From: an uncultured bacterium
Lineage (GTDB): Bacteria > Krumholzibacteriota > Krumholzibacteriia > LZORAL124-64-63
DNA length: 64,000 nucleotides
NCBI GenBank assembly: GCA_963727525.1
Contig: CAVSGO010000007.1
Coordinates: 1,312,001-1,376,000, forward strand
Reading direction: 5' to 3'
In this document: piece by piece, positions 15,781-26,253 of the stretch
Numbering within the stretch: position 1 is the stretch's first letter
Layout of the letters: every line of letters begins with the position of its first letter
Made by a program: the position numbers and the translations under genes
The notes under the pieces: model-generated
The model's database searches: none
What the model was told of the DNA's origin: nothing
The model's input: the letters and a program-made list of their open reading frames with translations, nothing else

Positions 15781-18186
15781 TCAGCGCGTCAGGACCAGCC
15801 GCGCCGTCGTCGTGGTCCCGGCAGCGCGGAGACGCGCCAGGTAGAGGCCTGACGGCACCTGGCGCCCATCGTCGGCCCGTCCATCCCAGACCAGATCCTG
15901 TGCGCCGGCCGACCACACACCCGCAAAGAGGGCGCGGACGCGCCGGCCCTGCACATCGAAGATCGCCACCTCGGCCGGGCCCGCGGCGGGCACCGACAGG
16001 CGCAGGTGCGTGACGGGATTGAACGGATTGGGACAGGCCGTCAGGGAGGCTTGCGGCGGCACCACGGGCTGCGGTTCCGGCGCCGCCGTCAGCTCGCTGC
16101 AATCGTGTGGCAGCACGGCGCCGGTGACGACGATCACCCCGCCGCGCCAGCGGACATCATTGGCGGCCAGGCCGCCCCCGCCCCGCAGCAGGGGACGGGC
16201 GGGGTCGCTGATATCCACGGCCTTCACGCCCAGAGCGCCGCACGCGACGTAGGCCACGCCATCGCCCAGCATGACCCGCCGCGCCTCGATCGGCACGCTG
16301 CACGGCAGGCCGACCAGGGCAGGCGCCGTAGGATCTTGGAGATCGACGGCCAGCAACTCGTCACCCGAGCGGAGCAGCCACGCGAGGTCGCCCTGCACGG
16401 CCATGTCGATCACGGCGCCGAGTCCGGACAGCGTGCCGACGACCTGTACGGTCTGGGGATCGATCACGCGCAGGGTCCCCGCGCCCTCCACACCGATCAG
16501 CCGATCGCCGACGACCTGCTGGTCACTGAGGATGGAGCCCAGCGGCAGGCTGCCGACCACGAACGGCGCATCGGGATCGGAGGCGTCCACGATGTGCAGT
16601 TGTGTGGGCGCGAGCGCGCCGATCGCCAGACGCCGTCCGGGCAGGGCACAGAACCCGTACGACGTGGAGACATGGTCCAGGGGCAGGAATCCGCGTGTCA
16701 CCGGCGCGGCCGGATCGGACACGTCGAAGACCTCCACGCCCTCGACTGACGGGTACGTCTCGACCTCGCTCCCGATCGCCAGGAGCAGATCGCCACTGAA
16801 AACCGCGTCCCAGCGCACCGGCGCGATGCTCGCATGGGTCGCCGGCGTATGCGCATGGTCGGCGAGCGACCAGCTGGAACTCCCGAACATGTACGTCTCA
16901 CGCAGCACGAGAGCGCCGTCCACGGCCTTGATATGGGTGATGTTCGGGTACGCCAGTCCGTCGTTGCAGAAGGCGCTATCCACGACTGCGGGCTGGACCG
17001 GGTCGCGCAGATCCCAGACGTACTCCATGTATCCGGTGTCCGCGTACATGCCATGGGGCGTGAACGATTCGGCCCAGCCGTCGCCCCAGAGCCGCACCGA
17101 TTGACCCGACGCGTACGTCGCCAGCGCGGGCACCACCTCGGGTGGTCCTGCGGGGAGCGTCCTCAGGACCGGAGCATGCGCAGCCACGGCGATCGCTGCC
17201 GGCGTGATCGCCCCGGCCACGATCGTGGATCCGGCCGCCAGCGCGAGTTGCGGTTGCCAGGATTCGGGCCAGGCCAGCGGTGCTTCGGGCAACGCGAAGG
17301 CCAGACTCATGGACATGTCGTGCGCGAGGACGAGATCATCCGTCACGGCATCGACCCCGACCGACGTACCCCGCCACACCCCCAGAACACTGTCGGTGGG
17401 ATCGGGAACCGACAGGTCGACGAGCAGCAGGACCCAGGGGTCGGAACCGTCGACGCGATCGTCCTGCTTCTGGACCGGCAGCGACTCCATCACGGCAAGC
17501 ACGGCACGGTCGCCGACCACCCGCACACCAAAGTACATCGGCCAGTTGGCCGGGTTGCTCGCGGGGTGGTACTCGGCCACGACGACGGGTTGGACGGGGT
17601 CGGCCAGCGAGACATCGCAGAGGACCTCTTCCGTCGCCACGAGACAGTGGTCGGCGCCGTAGGCGGCCACGCCGTGGGCGAACATCAGGCCCTGCGTCGC
17701 GCTGCCCACGAGCGTGGGCGTATCGGGGGCGGCAACGTCGTACACGAGGAGACCGCTGGAGAATGTGATACCCAGGAGCAGGGAGCCGCCCAGGGCGAGG
17801 TCTTCCAGCGGAGCCGCGGTGGCGATGAGCGCGCCTGCCACCGGTTGGGCCGGATCGCTCACGTCGACCACCTGCAGGCCGCCGTCGACGAGCGCCACGA
17901 GCAGCCGGTCGCCCACGAGCTGGCACGCGGTCGCGCCGCCGCTGCGCGCGAGCTGACCGATCACATGCGGAGCATCGGGATCGGTCACATCGAAGACGGT
18001 GAGCGACGTGGCCGCGACGACCATGACCGTGTTGCCCTGCGCGGCGACGCACTCCGCGTCCGTCGGACTGGAGATGAGACCGGTGAATCCCGAGGTGTTG
18101 GCATAGGGGAAGCACGGCTGGGACAGGCCGGTGATGGGCGTCGCGGTCGCGGCCACGACCAGTACGGCGACGAAAATGGCTCGCAT
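15781..18186 (-). CDS. Secreted LVIVD-repeat beta-propeller protein with C-terminal FlgD-Ig (T9SS-CTD-like) domain
   Basis: Signal peptide; repeated L(Q/H)VVDVSDPxxP units; C-terminus CPNPFNP...IFDVQGRRVRAL...WDGRADDG...SGLYLARL. Confidence 0.85.
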   Translation of the reverse strand: MRAIFVAVLVVAATATPITGLSQPCFPYANTSGFTGLISSPTDAECVAAQGNTVMVVAATSLTVFDVTDPDAPHVIGQLARSGGATACQLVGDRLLVALVDGGLQVVDVSDPAQPVAGALIATAAPLEDLALGGSLLLGITFSSGLLVYDVAAPDTPTLVGSATQGLMFAHGVAAYGADHCLVATEEVLCDVSLADPVQPVVVAEYHPASNPANWPMYFGVRVVGDRAVLAVMESLPVQKQDDRVDGSDPWVLLLVDLSVPDPTDSVLGVWRGTSVGVDAVTDDLVLAHDMSMSLAFALPEAPLAWPESWQPQLALAAGSTIVAGAITPAAIAVAAHAPVLRTLPAGPPEVVPALATYASGQSVRLWGDGWAESFTPHGMYADTGYMEYVWDLRDPVQPAVVDSAFCNDGLAYPNITHIKAVDGALVLRETYMFGSSSWSLADHAHTPATHASIAPVRWDAVFSGDLLLAIGSEVETYPSVEGVEVFDVSDPAAPVTRGFLPLDHVSTSYGFCALPGRRLAIGALAPTQLHIVDASDPDAPFVVGSLPLGSILSDQQVVGDRLIGVEGAGTLRVIDPQTVQVVGTLSGLGAVIDMAVQGDLAWLLRSGDELLAVDLQDPTAPALVGLPCSVPIEARRVMLGDGVAYVACGALGVKAVDISDPARPLLRGGGGLAANDVRWRGGVIVVTGAVLPHDCSELTAAPEPQPVVPPQASLTACPNPFNPVTHLRLSVPAAGPAEVAIFDVQGRRVRALFAGVWSAGAQDLVWDGRADDGRQVPSGLYLARLRAAGTTTTARLVLTR

Positions 18187-18275
18187 GGCGGCACCCCCGA
18201 GCTGGGCCCTTTCGAAATCACGGTATCAAGATCGTACCACGCGGGGGCGCCGACGTCACGCTCGGTGATATCTCG

Positions 18276-18719
18276 TCAACGGGAGCCCTGGCCGGCCCAG
18301 TCGAGCAGCGTCTGCTTCTGCTGCGCGTCGAGACGCGCCTCGGGATGGCCGAGGCGGTAGCTGCGCAGGGGCATCTTGTTCTTCTCGATCTGGTGGGCGA
18401 TGTCACCCATGGCATCGCGCTGCGCTGCGAAGTCGAGTACCGGCCACTCGGTGAAGTTGAGATCCTTGCGCCCCTCGTCCACGTGATCGACGAGCCACCA
18501 CGAGATCGGCGCCATGTGGCTGTACCAGGGCCAGCGTGTGAGGTTGGAATGGCAGTCGTAGCACGCGGCGCGCAGGATCGTCATCACCGGCACGGGCGCG
18601 TGGATCTCGGAGGTCACCGGAGGATTCGTCCGCGCCACGGGCACGAGCTGGATGGCGAGAAGGAGCACGGCCAGGATGACCGTGCTCCCGATGACGGGGC
18701 GTTTCCCGATCCGTCGCAC
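18276..18719 (-). CDS. Heme-binding domain protein (Haem_bd-type monoheme cytochrome c)
   Basis: IQLVPVARTNPP, ACYDCHS (CxxCH), WPWYSH, LNFTEW and MPLRSY...HPEARL. Confidence 0.88.
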   Translation of the reverse strand: MRRIGKRPVIGSTVILAVLLLAIQLVPVARTNPPVTSEIHAPVPVMTILRAACYDCHSNLTRWPWYSHMAPISWWLVDHVDEGRKDLNFTEWPVLDFAAQRDAMGDIAHQIEKNKMPLRSYRLGHPEARLDAQQKQTLLDWAGQGSR

Positions 18720-18731
18720 GAGTTGCGGCCC

Positions 18732-19469
18732 CTACTCGCCGAGCTGCTTGCGCATCTGCTGCGCCGCGCGGCTCTGCGGATCGATCGTCAGCGCCTTGTC
18801 CAGGCTGGCCGTCGCGCCGGCCTGGTCGCCGCTCGCGAGCTGGAGCTGGGCCTTCATCACGTAGGCCTCGGCGTCCTGCGGATTCATCTCGATGTTCAGA
18901 TCCACGACCTTGGTCGCGCCCGCCATGTCGCCCTGCTTCTGTGCCAGGGTCTCGGCGACCGTACCGAGCGTCTCGGGGCTGAAGTCGTACGAGCCGCTGC
19001 CGTAGTACTGATCGCGCAGCTCGCGGTACTTCGCGATCGCCGCGTCGACGCCGTCCTTCCCCGCCACCCGCACCATCACCTGGTCGAGGGTAGCCGGATC
19101 GGTGAGACCCCGGTGGCAGGTCACGCAGGAGATCTGCACATCGTCCTCACCAGTGGCCTGCGGCAGCAGCTGCGCGTTGAGCGTATGCGCCATCTTCATC
19201 ATCTCGCGGGCGACCTTCTTGTGCGCGAGCTCGTCGCTGGCCCAGTCGATCGTGCTGTGATCGCCCGGCACCTTCTCGACGTGGCAATAGGTGCAGCGCA
19301 CGCCGAGAGCCCCGGAGACGTTGCGCATGGCGCCGATGAGTTCCTGCTTGCCCGTGTCCTTGGGGAAGACCTGCAGGTTGGTGAACTTGTCCGGCACCTG
19401 CGCCGAGGCGGCGGTGGCCAGGATCGCGCCGACCAGCGCGAGCAGGCCGAGCACAACGAGTCGTTTCAT
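18732..19469 (-). CDS. Diheme c-type cytochrome (CytoC_RC-like) with C-terminal TPR
   Basis: Signal peptide; FTNLQVFP; CTYCH and CVTCH; TPR-like NPQDAEAY...ALTIDPQ. Confidence 0.8.
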   Translation of the reverse strand: MKRLVVLGLLALVGAILATAASAQVPDKFTNLQVFPKDTGKQELIGAMRNVSGALGVRCTYCHVEKVPGDHSTIDWASDELAHKKVAREMMKMAHTLNAQLLPQATGEDDVQISCVTCHRGLTDPATLDQVMVRVAGKDGVDAAIAKYRELRDQYYGSGSYDFSPETLGTVAETLAQKQGDMAGATKVVDLNIEMNPQDAEAYVMKAQLQLASGDQAGATASLDKALTIDPQSRAAQQMRKQLGE

Positions 19470-19538
19470 GGTCGCTCCGTTTCGTCGATAAAATGTCGCC
19501 AGAATCGCGGACATGGTACCCCGGGTCGCGCGCGACGG

Positions 19539-20411
19539 CTACACGTCGACGCCGAGCAGATGTTTGACCACCACGCCGATCCCGAACGACAGCGCCGCCA
19601 CCCCCAGGCTGATGCTCACCATCTCACCGAATCGGACCCAGAAGCTCAGATCCTTGGCGACGGCCAGGTAGAACGCGAAGACCAGGATGATGAGGATGGC
19701 CGCGCCGAGAGCCAGCGCGAGGCACACGACGTAATTCTCGATCAACAGGTACGGCAGCGTCATCAGGAAGACGGTGACGATGTACGCTATCCCGGTGTAG
19801 AAGCTCGACTTGAGTGGATTGGCGCCCCCCTCCGCGCGCGTGGACAGGTACTCGCTCGCCGCCATCGACATGGCGGCCGCGATCCCCGTCACCAGACCCG
19901 AGAGGGCGATGAGCCGCGTGTTCTGCAGGGCGAAAGTGAGGCCGGCGAGCACGCCCGTCAGTTCCACGAGCGCATCGTTGAGCCCGAGCACCACCGAGCC
20001 GACGTAGGTGAGGCGTTCGTCGTCGAGCATGCTGAGGAGGCGATCCTCGTGCTCCTCCTCCTCCTTGCGAATGTCCTGGATGTCCGGGAAAGCCGCCTCC
20101 AGCTCGCGGTAGCTCGCCTGTGCGCGTTCCTCGGCCTTCTCCATGAGCTTGACGCCGAACGTCAGCCCGAAGAGGCGGGCCACCAGCACGATGAAGCTCA
20201 CCTGCCAGTGGTTGGGGCGCAGCTTGCGGCCGGTGAGGCGGGCGAAGGTCTGGTTGTGCTCCAGCTCATCCTCCGCGATGCGCTCGAGGATGCGCCGGTT
20301 CTCGGGATTGCGCTCGATGCGCGCGAGTTGACGATATACCTGACACTCGGTGATCTCGTCGCGCTGGGCGGTGAGCAGCTTGCGCCGCAGCGCGGGGTCG
20401 ATCGCGGCCAT
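19539..20411 (-). CDS. Rubrerythrin/ferritin-like domain fused to VIT1/CCC1 metal transporter
   Basis: N-terminal ExxH pairs (EDELEH, EEEEH); VLGLNDALVE; SMAASEYLS. Confidence 0.9.
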   Translation of the reverse strand: MAAIDPALRRKLLTAQRDEITECQVYRQLARIERNPENRRILERIAEDELEHNQTFARLTGRKLRPNHWQVSFIVLVARLFGLTFGVKLMEKAEERAQASYRELEAAFPDIQDIRKEEEEHEDRLLSMLDDERLTYVGSVVLGLNDALVELTGVLAGLTFALQNTRLIALSGLVTGIAAAMSMAASEYLSTRAEGGANPLKSSFYTGIAYIVTVFLMTLPYLLIENYVVCLALALGAAILIILVFAFYLAVAKDLSFWVRFGEMVSISLGVAALSFGIGVVVKHLLGVDV

Positions 20412-20414
20412 CGG

Positions 20415-21719
20415 TCACGCGCCCTTCATGGCCAGGGTCCGGGTGAAGATCTGTGGCACGTGACGGAGCTGATGCTGCAGATCGAAGCAGCGTTCGATCG
20501 TCGCGGCGTCGAGGTGGCGGCTCACGTCGGGATCCGCCGCCAGGGCCTCCCGCAGGCTCACGTCCTCGTTCCATACCCGCATCGATGCGCGCTGCACCCA
20601 CAGGTAGGCGTCCTCGCGGGTCACGCCGGTCTCGGTGAGCGCCAGCAGCACGGCCTGGCTGAAGTACATGCCCCGCACCTTGTCCATGTTGGTGCGCATC
20701 TGTTCCGGATACACCACGAGCCCGCCGATGAGCCACGTCATCTTGCGCAGCATGTAATGGAGCAGATGGCAGGCGTCGGGAAAGATGATGCGCTCCGTGG
20801 AGCTGTGGCTGATGTCGCGCTCGTGCCACAACGCCACGTTCTCCAGACCGGTGTGCGCGTAGCCGCGCAGCAAGCGCGCCATGCCGGTGATGCGCTCGCT
20901 CACGATGGGGTTCTTCTTGTGGGGCATGGCGCTGCTGCCCTTCTGCCCCTTGGCGAACGGTTCCTCCACCTCGTGCACGTCGGTGCGCTGGAGGTTGCGG
21001 ATCTCCACGGCCACCTGCTCGAGCGTGGCGCCCGCCAGAGCCAGAGCGCACAGGAATGCGGCGTGGCGGTCGCGCTGCAGCACCTGCGTGGTCGCGGTGG
21101 CCGAGCCCAGGCCGAGGCGCCGGCACACCTCGTCCTGCACCGCGGGCTCGAGGTGCGCGTGCGTACCCACGGCGCCCGAAATCAACCCATAGCTGCACTC
21201 GGCGATCGCCGCATCGAGGCGCTTGCGCGCCCGCAGCAGGGCCGACCAGTAGACGATCAACTTGAGCCCGAGGGTCGTGGGTTCGGCGTGGATGCCGTGG
21301 CTGCGGCCCATCATGACCGTGTCACGGTGCTCGCGCGCCTTCGCCTCGACGGCGTCCAGGAGTTCGGTGAGCGCTGTGCGCAACACCACGCCGGCGGCCT
21401 TGATCTGCAGGGCGAAGGTGGTGTCGAGCAGGTCGCTGCTCGTCATACCCTGGTGCACATAGCGCGACTCGGGCCCGACGTGTTCCGCAAGGTTGGTGAG
21501 GAAGGCGATGACGTCGTGCTGGACCGTGTTCTCGATCTCCAGCACCCTGGCGACCTCGAACCCGCCCTTCGCGCGGATGGCTTGCGCCGCCTCGCGTGGG
21601 ATCTCGCCCCGCGCCGCCCGCACCTCGCACACCACCGTCTCGATCTCCTGCCAGTGGCGGAAACGCGCCTCGTCCGACCAGATGGCCATCATTTCCGGGG
21701 TCTCGTAGCGGGGGATCAT
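20415..21719 (-). CDS. purB: Adenylosuccinate lyase
   Basis: MIPRY start, [22 protein letters not shown] and signature [11 protein letters not shown]. Confidence 0.97.
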   Translation of the reverse strand: MIPRYETPEMMAIWSDEARFRHWQEIETVVCEVRAARGEIPREAAQAIRAKGGFEVARVLEIENTVQHDVIAFLTNLAEHVGPESRYVHQGMTSSDLLDTTFALQIKAAGVVLRTALTELLDAVEAKAREHRDTVMMGRSHGIHAEPTTLGLKLIVYWSALLRARKRLDAAIAECSYGLISGAVGTHAHLEPAVQDEVCRRLGLGSATATTQVLQRDRHAAFLCALALAGATLEQVAVEIRNLQRTDVHEVEEPFAKGQKGSSAMPHKKNPIVSERITGMARLLRGYAHTGLENVALWHERDISHSSTERIIFPDACHLLHYMLRKMTWLIGGLVVYPEQMRTNMDKVRGMYFSQAVLLALTETGVTREDAYLWVQRASMRVWNEDVSLREALAADPDVSRHLDAATIERCFDLQHQLRHVPQIFTRTLAMKGA

Positions 21720-21803
21720 GCGGGCCTCCTGCCGGCGGCGTCCGGGGGTTTCGCGGGTTGCGGGATCGCCGGGTAGGATGCCCGAAAAATCGTGGCCCCG
21801 CAA

Positions 21804-21867
21804 GTGGCGGCTCACGATCCGTGGCGGCTCACGATCCGTGGCGGCTCACGATCCGTGGCGGTTCACG
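21804..21867. repeat. 17-bp tandem repeat (GTGGCGGCTCACGATCC x3 plus a partial copy containing the hldD stop)
   Basis: Exact copies at 21804-21820, 21821-21837 and 21838-21854; partial variant GTGGCGGTTCACG at 21855-21867. Confidence 0.95.
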
Positions 21868-22837
21868 CTCCTAGATGCCGTCCGGTCACGAGATGCTGGG
21901 TCACGTACTCCGCCACGGCCTCGCGAACCGGCGTGATGGGCACATCGCACCCTGCCGCGCGTAGCTTCGCCATCTCCGCTTCCGTGAAGTACTGGTACTT
22001 GCCGGCCAGTTCCTGCGGCATGGGGACGTACACGATGTCGGGTTGGCGGTCGAGAGCGGCGAAGATGGCGCCGATGAGGGTGTTCCAGTCGGTGGCCTTC
22101 CCCGTGCCGACGTTGAAGACGCCGTTGGTCTCGGGATGATCGAGGCACCACAGCGTCATGGCCGCGGCATCCTGCACGGAGACGAAGTCGCGCATCTGAC
22201 CGCCGTCGGCGTATTCCGGCCGGTCGCTCTTGAAGAGACTCACACTGCCGGTGTCGCGGATCTGCTCGTAGCCCTTGCATACCATCGAGCGCATATCGCC
22301 CTTGTGCCACTCGTTGGGACCGTACACGTTGAAATACTTCAGGCACACGATCGCATCGAGCAGACCGCTGCCCAGCGCCCAGAGGTCGAACTCCTGCTTC
22401 GAGCGCGCGTAGAGATTCAGCGGTTCGAGGTCGCGCAGGCGCGCATGGTCATCGCTGTACCCGCGGCTGCCGTCGCCGTAGGTGGCCGCGCTGCTCGCAT
22501 GCACGAAGCGCGCGCCGGCGTCGAGGGTGGCCCGGCACAGCACCTGCGAGTAGTTGAGGTTGTTGCGCTGCAGGTAGCCCCAATCGGTCTCGGTGGTCGA
22601 GGAGCAAGCGCCCATGTGCAGCACGCCGCGCAACACGTCCTCGTACTCGCCTCCCATCATCGCGTCGAGGAAGGCCATGTGCGGCTGGTAGCCACGCGTG
22701 CGCAGCGGCGCCAGGTTGGCGCAGGCGCTGGCATCGGGGTGCACGTCGACGGCGAGGATGTCGTCCTCGCCGCGCTGGTTGAGGAGCCAGATCAACACGG
22801 AACCGATGAACCCGGCCGCTCCGGTGACGGCAATCAT
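21863..22837 (-). CDS. hldD: ADP-L-glycero-D-manno-heptose 6-epimerase
   Basis: VTGAAGFIGS, HMGACSSTTE, ASSAATYG, YARSK, YFNVYGPNEWHKGDMRS and YQYFTEA. Confidence 0.95.
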   Translation of the reverse strand: MIAVTGAAGFIGSVLIWLLNQRGEDDILAVDVHPDASACANLAPLRTRGYQPHMAFLDAMMGGEYEDVLRGVLHMGACSSTTETDWGYLQRNNLNYSQVLCRATLDAGARFVHASSAATYGDGSRGYSDDHARLRDLEPLNLYARSKQEFDLWALGSGLLDAIVCLKYFNVYGPNEWHKGDMRSMVCKGYEQIRDTGSVSLFKSDRPEYADGGQMRDFVSVQDAAAMTLWCLDHPETNGVFNVGTGKATDWNTLIGAIFAALDRQPDIVYVPMPQELAGKYQYFTEAEMAKLRAAGCDVPITPVREAVAEYVTQHLVTGRHLGA

Positions 22838-24063
22838 GGGGCCTCCTTCAGTTCGATGATGCCATTGAAGGTCTTGCCGTCGCGTTCGGCCGTGAACGGC
22901 ACGTGATCACCGACGGTGGCCTCGTAGGTCACGCGCGTGACGGTATCGCGCGAGTCGAGTGTGACGCCGTTGATGGTGCGGATGATGTCGCCCTTGCGCA
23001 GACCCGCCTTCCAGGCCTGCGACCCGTCGGCGATCCGGTAGACGATGAAGCCGACCGGATCCTTCAGGTGCAGATTGCGGACGATGGTCGGCGAGAGCTG
23101 CAGTAGCGCCATGCCCCAGTCGACCTCGCGATAGTGGCCGAACTCGCGGATCTCCTCCAGCACCCAGTTCACGCGCTCGCTCGGTACCGCGAACCCGATG
23201 CCGATGCTGCCGCCCGTCTCGGTGAAGATGAAGGTGTTGATGCCGACGACGTCGCCCAGAGCATTCACGAGCGGCCCGCCGCTGTTGCCCGGATTGATGG
23301 CCGCATCGGTCTGGATCATGCCGAGATAGGCGGGACCATCCTCGTTCTGCCGCACGATGTCGCGATTCACCGCGCTGATCACGCCGACGGTCACGGTCGG
23401 TTGCGTGTCGGCCAGCAGGTCGCCGAAGGGAGAACCGATGGCGATCGCCCATTCGCCGATCTGCAGATCGCGACTGTCGGCGAGCTTGGCGACGGGCAGA
23501 TGATCGCCGTCGATCTTCAGCACCGCGAGGTCGAAGTGCCCCACGACATCGACCACATCGGCGTGGAACTCGCGACCGTCGGAGAGCGTGACGAGGATGT
23601 CCACCGGCGTGCCGATGACGTGGGCATTGGTCACCACGTAGCCGTCGGCGGAGACGATGACGCCCGAGCCATAGCTCTGCGTCTGCTGGACGAGCGGACG
23701 CCGCGGCGTGAAACCCGGGATGAAGCGATTGAAGAACTCCAACCGGGGATCGGTCACCGCGTGCTGCTGCGTCACGCTGATCGACACCACCGCCGGGGCC
23801 ACCTTGCGGGTGGCGAGCACGATGGCGTTGCGACGCGAGCCGGCTACGGGATCGTAGAATGACGGATTCGCGGCTGCCGTCGTACCTGGTGGCGCCACCG
23901 TAAGTGCCGTGTCCACCGCGGTCGGCGGAAACTCGGTGGCGGCCTGGTACGCCGGCGGGCCCGCGTTGCGGGCGCGAACCAGCAGGAGCAACGTGCCGGT
24001 GAGCGCTCCCAGCAGGAGCCCCATCACGATACCAGTCCAGATCGGCAACCGGGGTCCGCTCAT
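22834..24063 (-). CDS. HtrA/DegS-like trypsin serine protease with one PDZ domain
   Basis: N-terminal [35 protein letters not shown]-terminal PDZ (AGLRKGDII). Confidence 0.93.
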   Translation of the reverse strand: MSGPRLPIWTGIVMGLLLGALTGTLLLLVRARNAGPPAYQAATEFPPTAVDTALTVAPPGTTAAANPSFYDPVAGSRRNAIVLATRKVAPAVVSISVTQQHAVTDPRLEFFNRFIPGFTPRRPLVQQTQSYGSGVIVSADGYVVTNAHVIGTPVDILVTLSDGREFHADVVDVVGHFDLAVLKIDGDHLPVAKLADSRDLQIGEWAIAIGSPFGDLLADTQPTVTVGVISAVNRDIVRQNEDGPAYLGMIQTDAAINPGNSGGPLVNALGDVVGINTFIFTETGGSIGIGFAVPSERVNWVLEEIREFGHYREVDWGMALLQLSPTIVRNLHLKDPVGFIVYRIADGSQAWKAGLRKGDIIRTINGVTLDSRDTVTRVTYEATVGDHVPFTAERDGKTFNGIIELKEAP

Positions 24064-24716
24064 CCACGCGCTCCCTGCAGCTTGTCCCAGTCGGCGAGGA
24101 ACTTGCTCAGGCCCTTGTCGGTGAGCGGATGCGCGACGAGTTGCTTGACCACGGACGGCGGAATGGTCGCGACGTCGGCGCCCATGAGAGCCGCCTGCAC
24201 GACATGCAGCGGATGGCGCACGCTGGCGACGAGGACCTCGGTCAGGAAATCGTAATTGCGATAGATGGTCACGATCTGCTCGATCAGCGCCATGCCGTCC
24301 TCGCTGACGTCGTCGAGGCGCCCGACGAAGGGCGACACGTAGGCGGCGCCAGCCTTCGCCACGAGCAGCGCCTGGCTGGCCGAGAAGACCAGGGTGGAAT
24401 TGACGGGGATGTCCTCGGCGGCGAGGGCTGCGATGGCCTTGAGCCCCTCGTAGGTGGTCGGGATCTTGACGACGATGTGATCATCGAGCTTCGCGAGGCG
24501 CTTGCCCTCGGCGATCATGCCCGCCGCCTCCGTGGCCACCACCTCGCCGCTCACCGGCCCCTGCGCCACGTCGCAGATCTCGCGCAGCAGCTGATCGGTG
24601 TCGGTGCGCCCTTCCTTGGCCATGAGGCTGGGGTTCGTGGTGACGCCATCGCACATTCCCATGGCTTTGACCTCGCGGATGGCCTCGAGATTCGCGGTGT
24701 CGATGAAGAACTTCAT
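24060..24716 (-). CDS. fsa: Fructose-6-phosphate aldolase / small transaldolase
   Basis: [33 protein letters not shown] and ASVRHP. Confidence 0.93.
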   Translation of the reverse strand: MKFFIDTANLEAIREVKAMGMCDGVTTNPSLMAKEGRTDTDQLLREICDVAQGPVSGEVVATEAAGMIAEGKRLAKLDDHIVVKIPTTYEGLKAIAALAAEDIPVNSTLVFSASQALLVAKAGAAYVSPFVGRLDDVSEDGMALIEQIVTIYRNYDFLTEVLVASVRHPLHVVQAALMGADVATIPPSVVKQLVAHPLTDKGLSKFLADWDKLQGARG

Positions 24717-25525
24717 GCCCTGTCTCCTTCGTCCGTTGGACGGTACAGAGGATCCTCCAGCACAGGAGGATAGCTCACTTCCTCGAGAAACAGCCCGTGT
24801 GCCGGCGCCCGCATGCCGGCCGCACGGCGATCGCGCGCCGCAAGCACCGCCGGGAGCGAGGCGGCGTCGCGTCGCCGGGCGCCCACTTCGAGCAGCACGC
24901 CGACGAGGTTGCGCACCATGTTGTGCAGAAATCGGTCGGCGCGCACGTGGAAGATACCCCAGGTGTCGCTCCATTCAAAGCCGCAGCGGTCCACGCGGCA
25001 CACGTTGTCGTCGCGCAGCGAGGTTGCACGGCAGAAGCTCGCAAAATCGTGGGTGCCGACGAGGTGCGCGCAGGCGGCGTCCATGGCCGCGGTCTCCAGA
25101 TGCCACGGCACCTGAAATGCGTGCGGTATGAACAGGTTCCGCTCGAGCTGCAGATGGTACGCGTAGCGCCTCGCGGTGGCCGAGCGTCGCGCGTCGAAAT
25201 AGGGCGACACCTCGCGCGCGCCGCAAACCTGGATGTCGTCGGGCACCATGCGTGGCAGGGCGCGGACCACGCGCACCACCTCGTCGAGGTCGTCCAGCGA
25301 CACATGCGCCACCTGCCCGCGGGCGTGCACGCCGGTATCGGTGCGACCCGCCCCCACCGGCACGCAACGGCGGCCCAGAAGGCGCTCGAGACAGCCGGCC
25401 AGTTCGCCCTGGACGGTGCGCAAACCCGGCTGGATCTGCCAGCCATGGAACCCGGCTCCGACGTAGGCCACATCGAGCCGCACGCGCGGCCCCCGCCCGG
25501 GCATCCCCATGGCGTCAACCGTCAT
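24713..25525 (-). CDS. truA: tRNA pseudouridine(38-40) synthase
   Basis: [39 protein letters not shown] and APAHGLFL. Confidence 0.95.
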   Translation of the reverse strand: MTVDAMGMPGRGPRVRLDVAYVGAGFHGWQIQPGLRTVQGELAGCLERLLGRRCVPVGAGRTDTGVHARGQVAHVSLDDLDEVVRVVRALPRMVPDDIQVCGAREVSPYFDARRSATARRYAYHLQLERNLFIPHAFQVPWHLETAAMDAACAHLVGTHDFASFCRATSLRDDNVCRVDRCGFEWSDTWGIFHVRADRFLHNMVRNLVGVLLEVGARRRDAASLPAVLAARDRRAAGMRAPAHGLFLEEVSYPPVLEDPLYRPTDEGDRA

Positions 25526-26253
25526 CGCGCTACCACCACGAGAGCCGCGAGCCAGACCACGAGACCCGCCCCCTGCCACCACGGCAGCGGGGTCGCGCGG
25601 ACAGGCCGGACGACGCGCCCGTGCAGAGCCAGGGGCAGCGTCTCGGCGCGCCGCAGCAGGCTCTCCAGCGCCGGTACGGCCGCGGCCATCGCGTCGCGCC
25701 ATGCGGGTCCGCGGGCGCCACCCCGGCGCAGGCGCAGCGCGGCACGCACGCGGCGGCCGTCGTCAAGCACCCGCCCCGCCGTGCCGAGCGCCACCGCGAG
25801 CACGAGAGCGACGTGGGACACGTCGCAACGCAGGGGGCGCAGCCACCAGGCCAGCGCACTTGCGAGTTCGGGCAGCGGCACGAGGCGGCGCACGAGCGCC
25901 ACGGCCACCGCCATGCCGGCAAGCCGCGTCAGCGTGACGACACCGCGCAGAAAGCCCGTCCACGACGGATGGCCGAGTGGCGCCGCGTCGAGCGTGGTCA
26001 GGATGTGCACGAGGAGCACGAGCGCGATCAGCCAGAGCCAGGGCCGCAGCGCCGTACCCAGATGGCGCCAGAGGTAGCCGGCGCGCGCCAGCGCGATGCC
26101 CTCGACGACGAGCACGATCGGGAGCCCCCGCGCCGGTGCCACAAGGACGGTGGCCACGAGGAGGATACCGGCCGCCAGCCGCGCCGCCGGATGGACTCCC
26201 GCGAATGGCAGCGACGCCACGGGACGGTAGGCCGTGGCCGCGAGCGGCCTCAT
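25522..26253 (-). CDS. Energy-coupling factor transporter T component (EcfT/CbiQ-like), divergent
   Basis: YRPVASLP..VHPAARL N-terminus, several TMs, and coupling-helix Arg motifs (ALRLR, ALHGR). Lies upstream of truA. Confidence 0.65.
   Translation of the reverse strand: MRPLAATAYRPVASLPFAGVHPAARLAAGILLVATVLVAPARGLPIVLVVEGIALARAGYLWRHLGTALRPWLWLIALVLLVHILTTLDAAPLGHPSWTGFLRGVVTLTRLAGMAVAVALVRRLVPLPELASALAWWLRPLRCDVSHVALVLAVALGTAGRVLDDGRRVRAALRLRRGGARGPAWRDAMAAAVPALESLLRRAETLPLALHGRVVRPVRATPLPWWQGAGLVVWLAALVVVAR

Noticed and set aside
18732-19469. Photosynthetic reaction-centre cytochrome (PufC)
   Set aside because: It has only two CxxCH motifs, and there are no puf or bch genes in the window.
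18345-21776. 1143-aa plus-strand ORF (and similar long ORFs at 13610-15844, 39512-41614, 49737-52400)
   Set aside because: These are antisense shadows of well-supported minus-strand genes, expected at high GC, and carry no motifs.
21804-21867. Repeats as a CRISPR array
   Set aside because: The units are directly adjacent with no spacers, only 17 bp long, and there are no cas genes.
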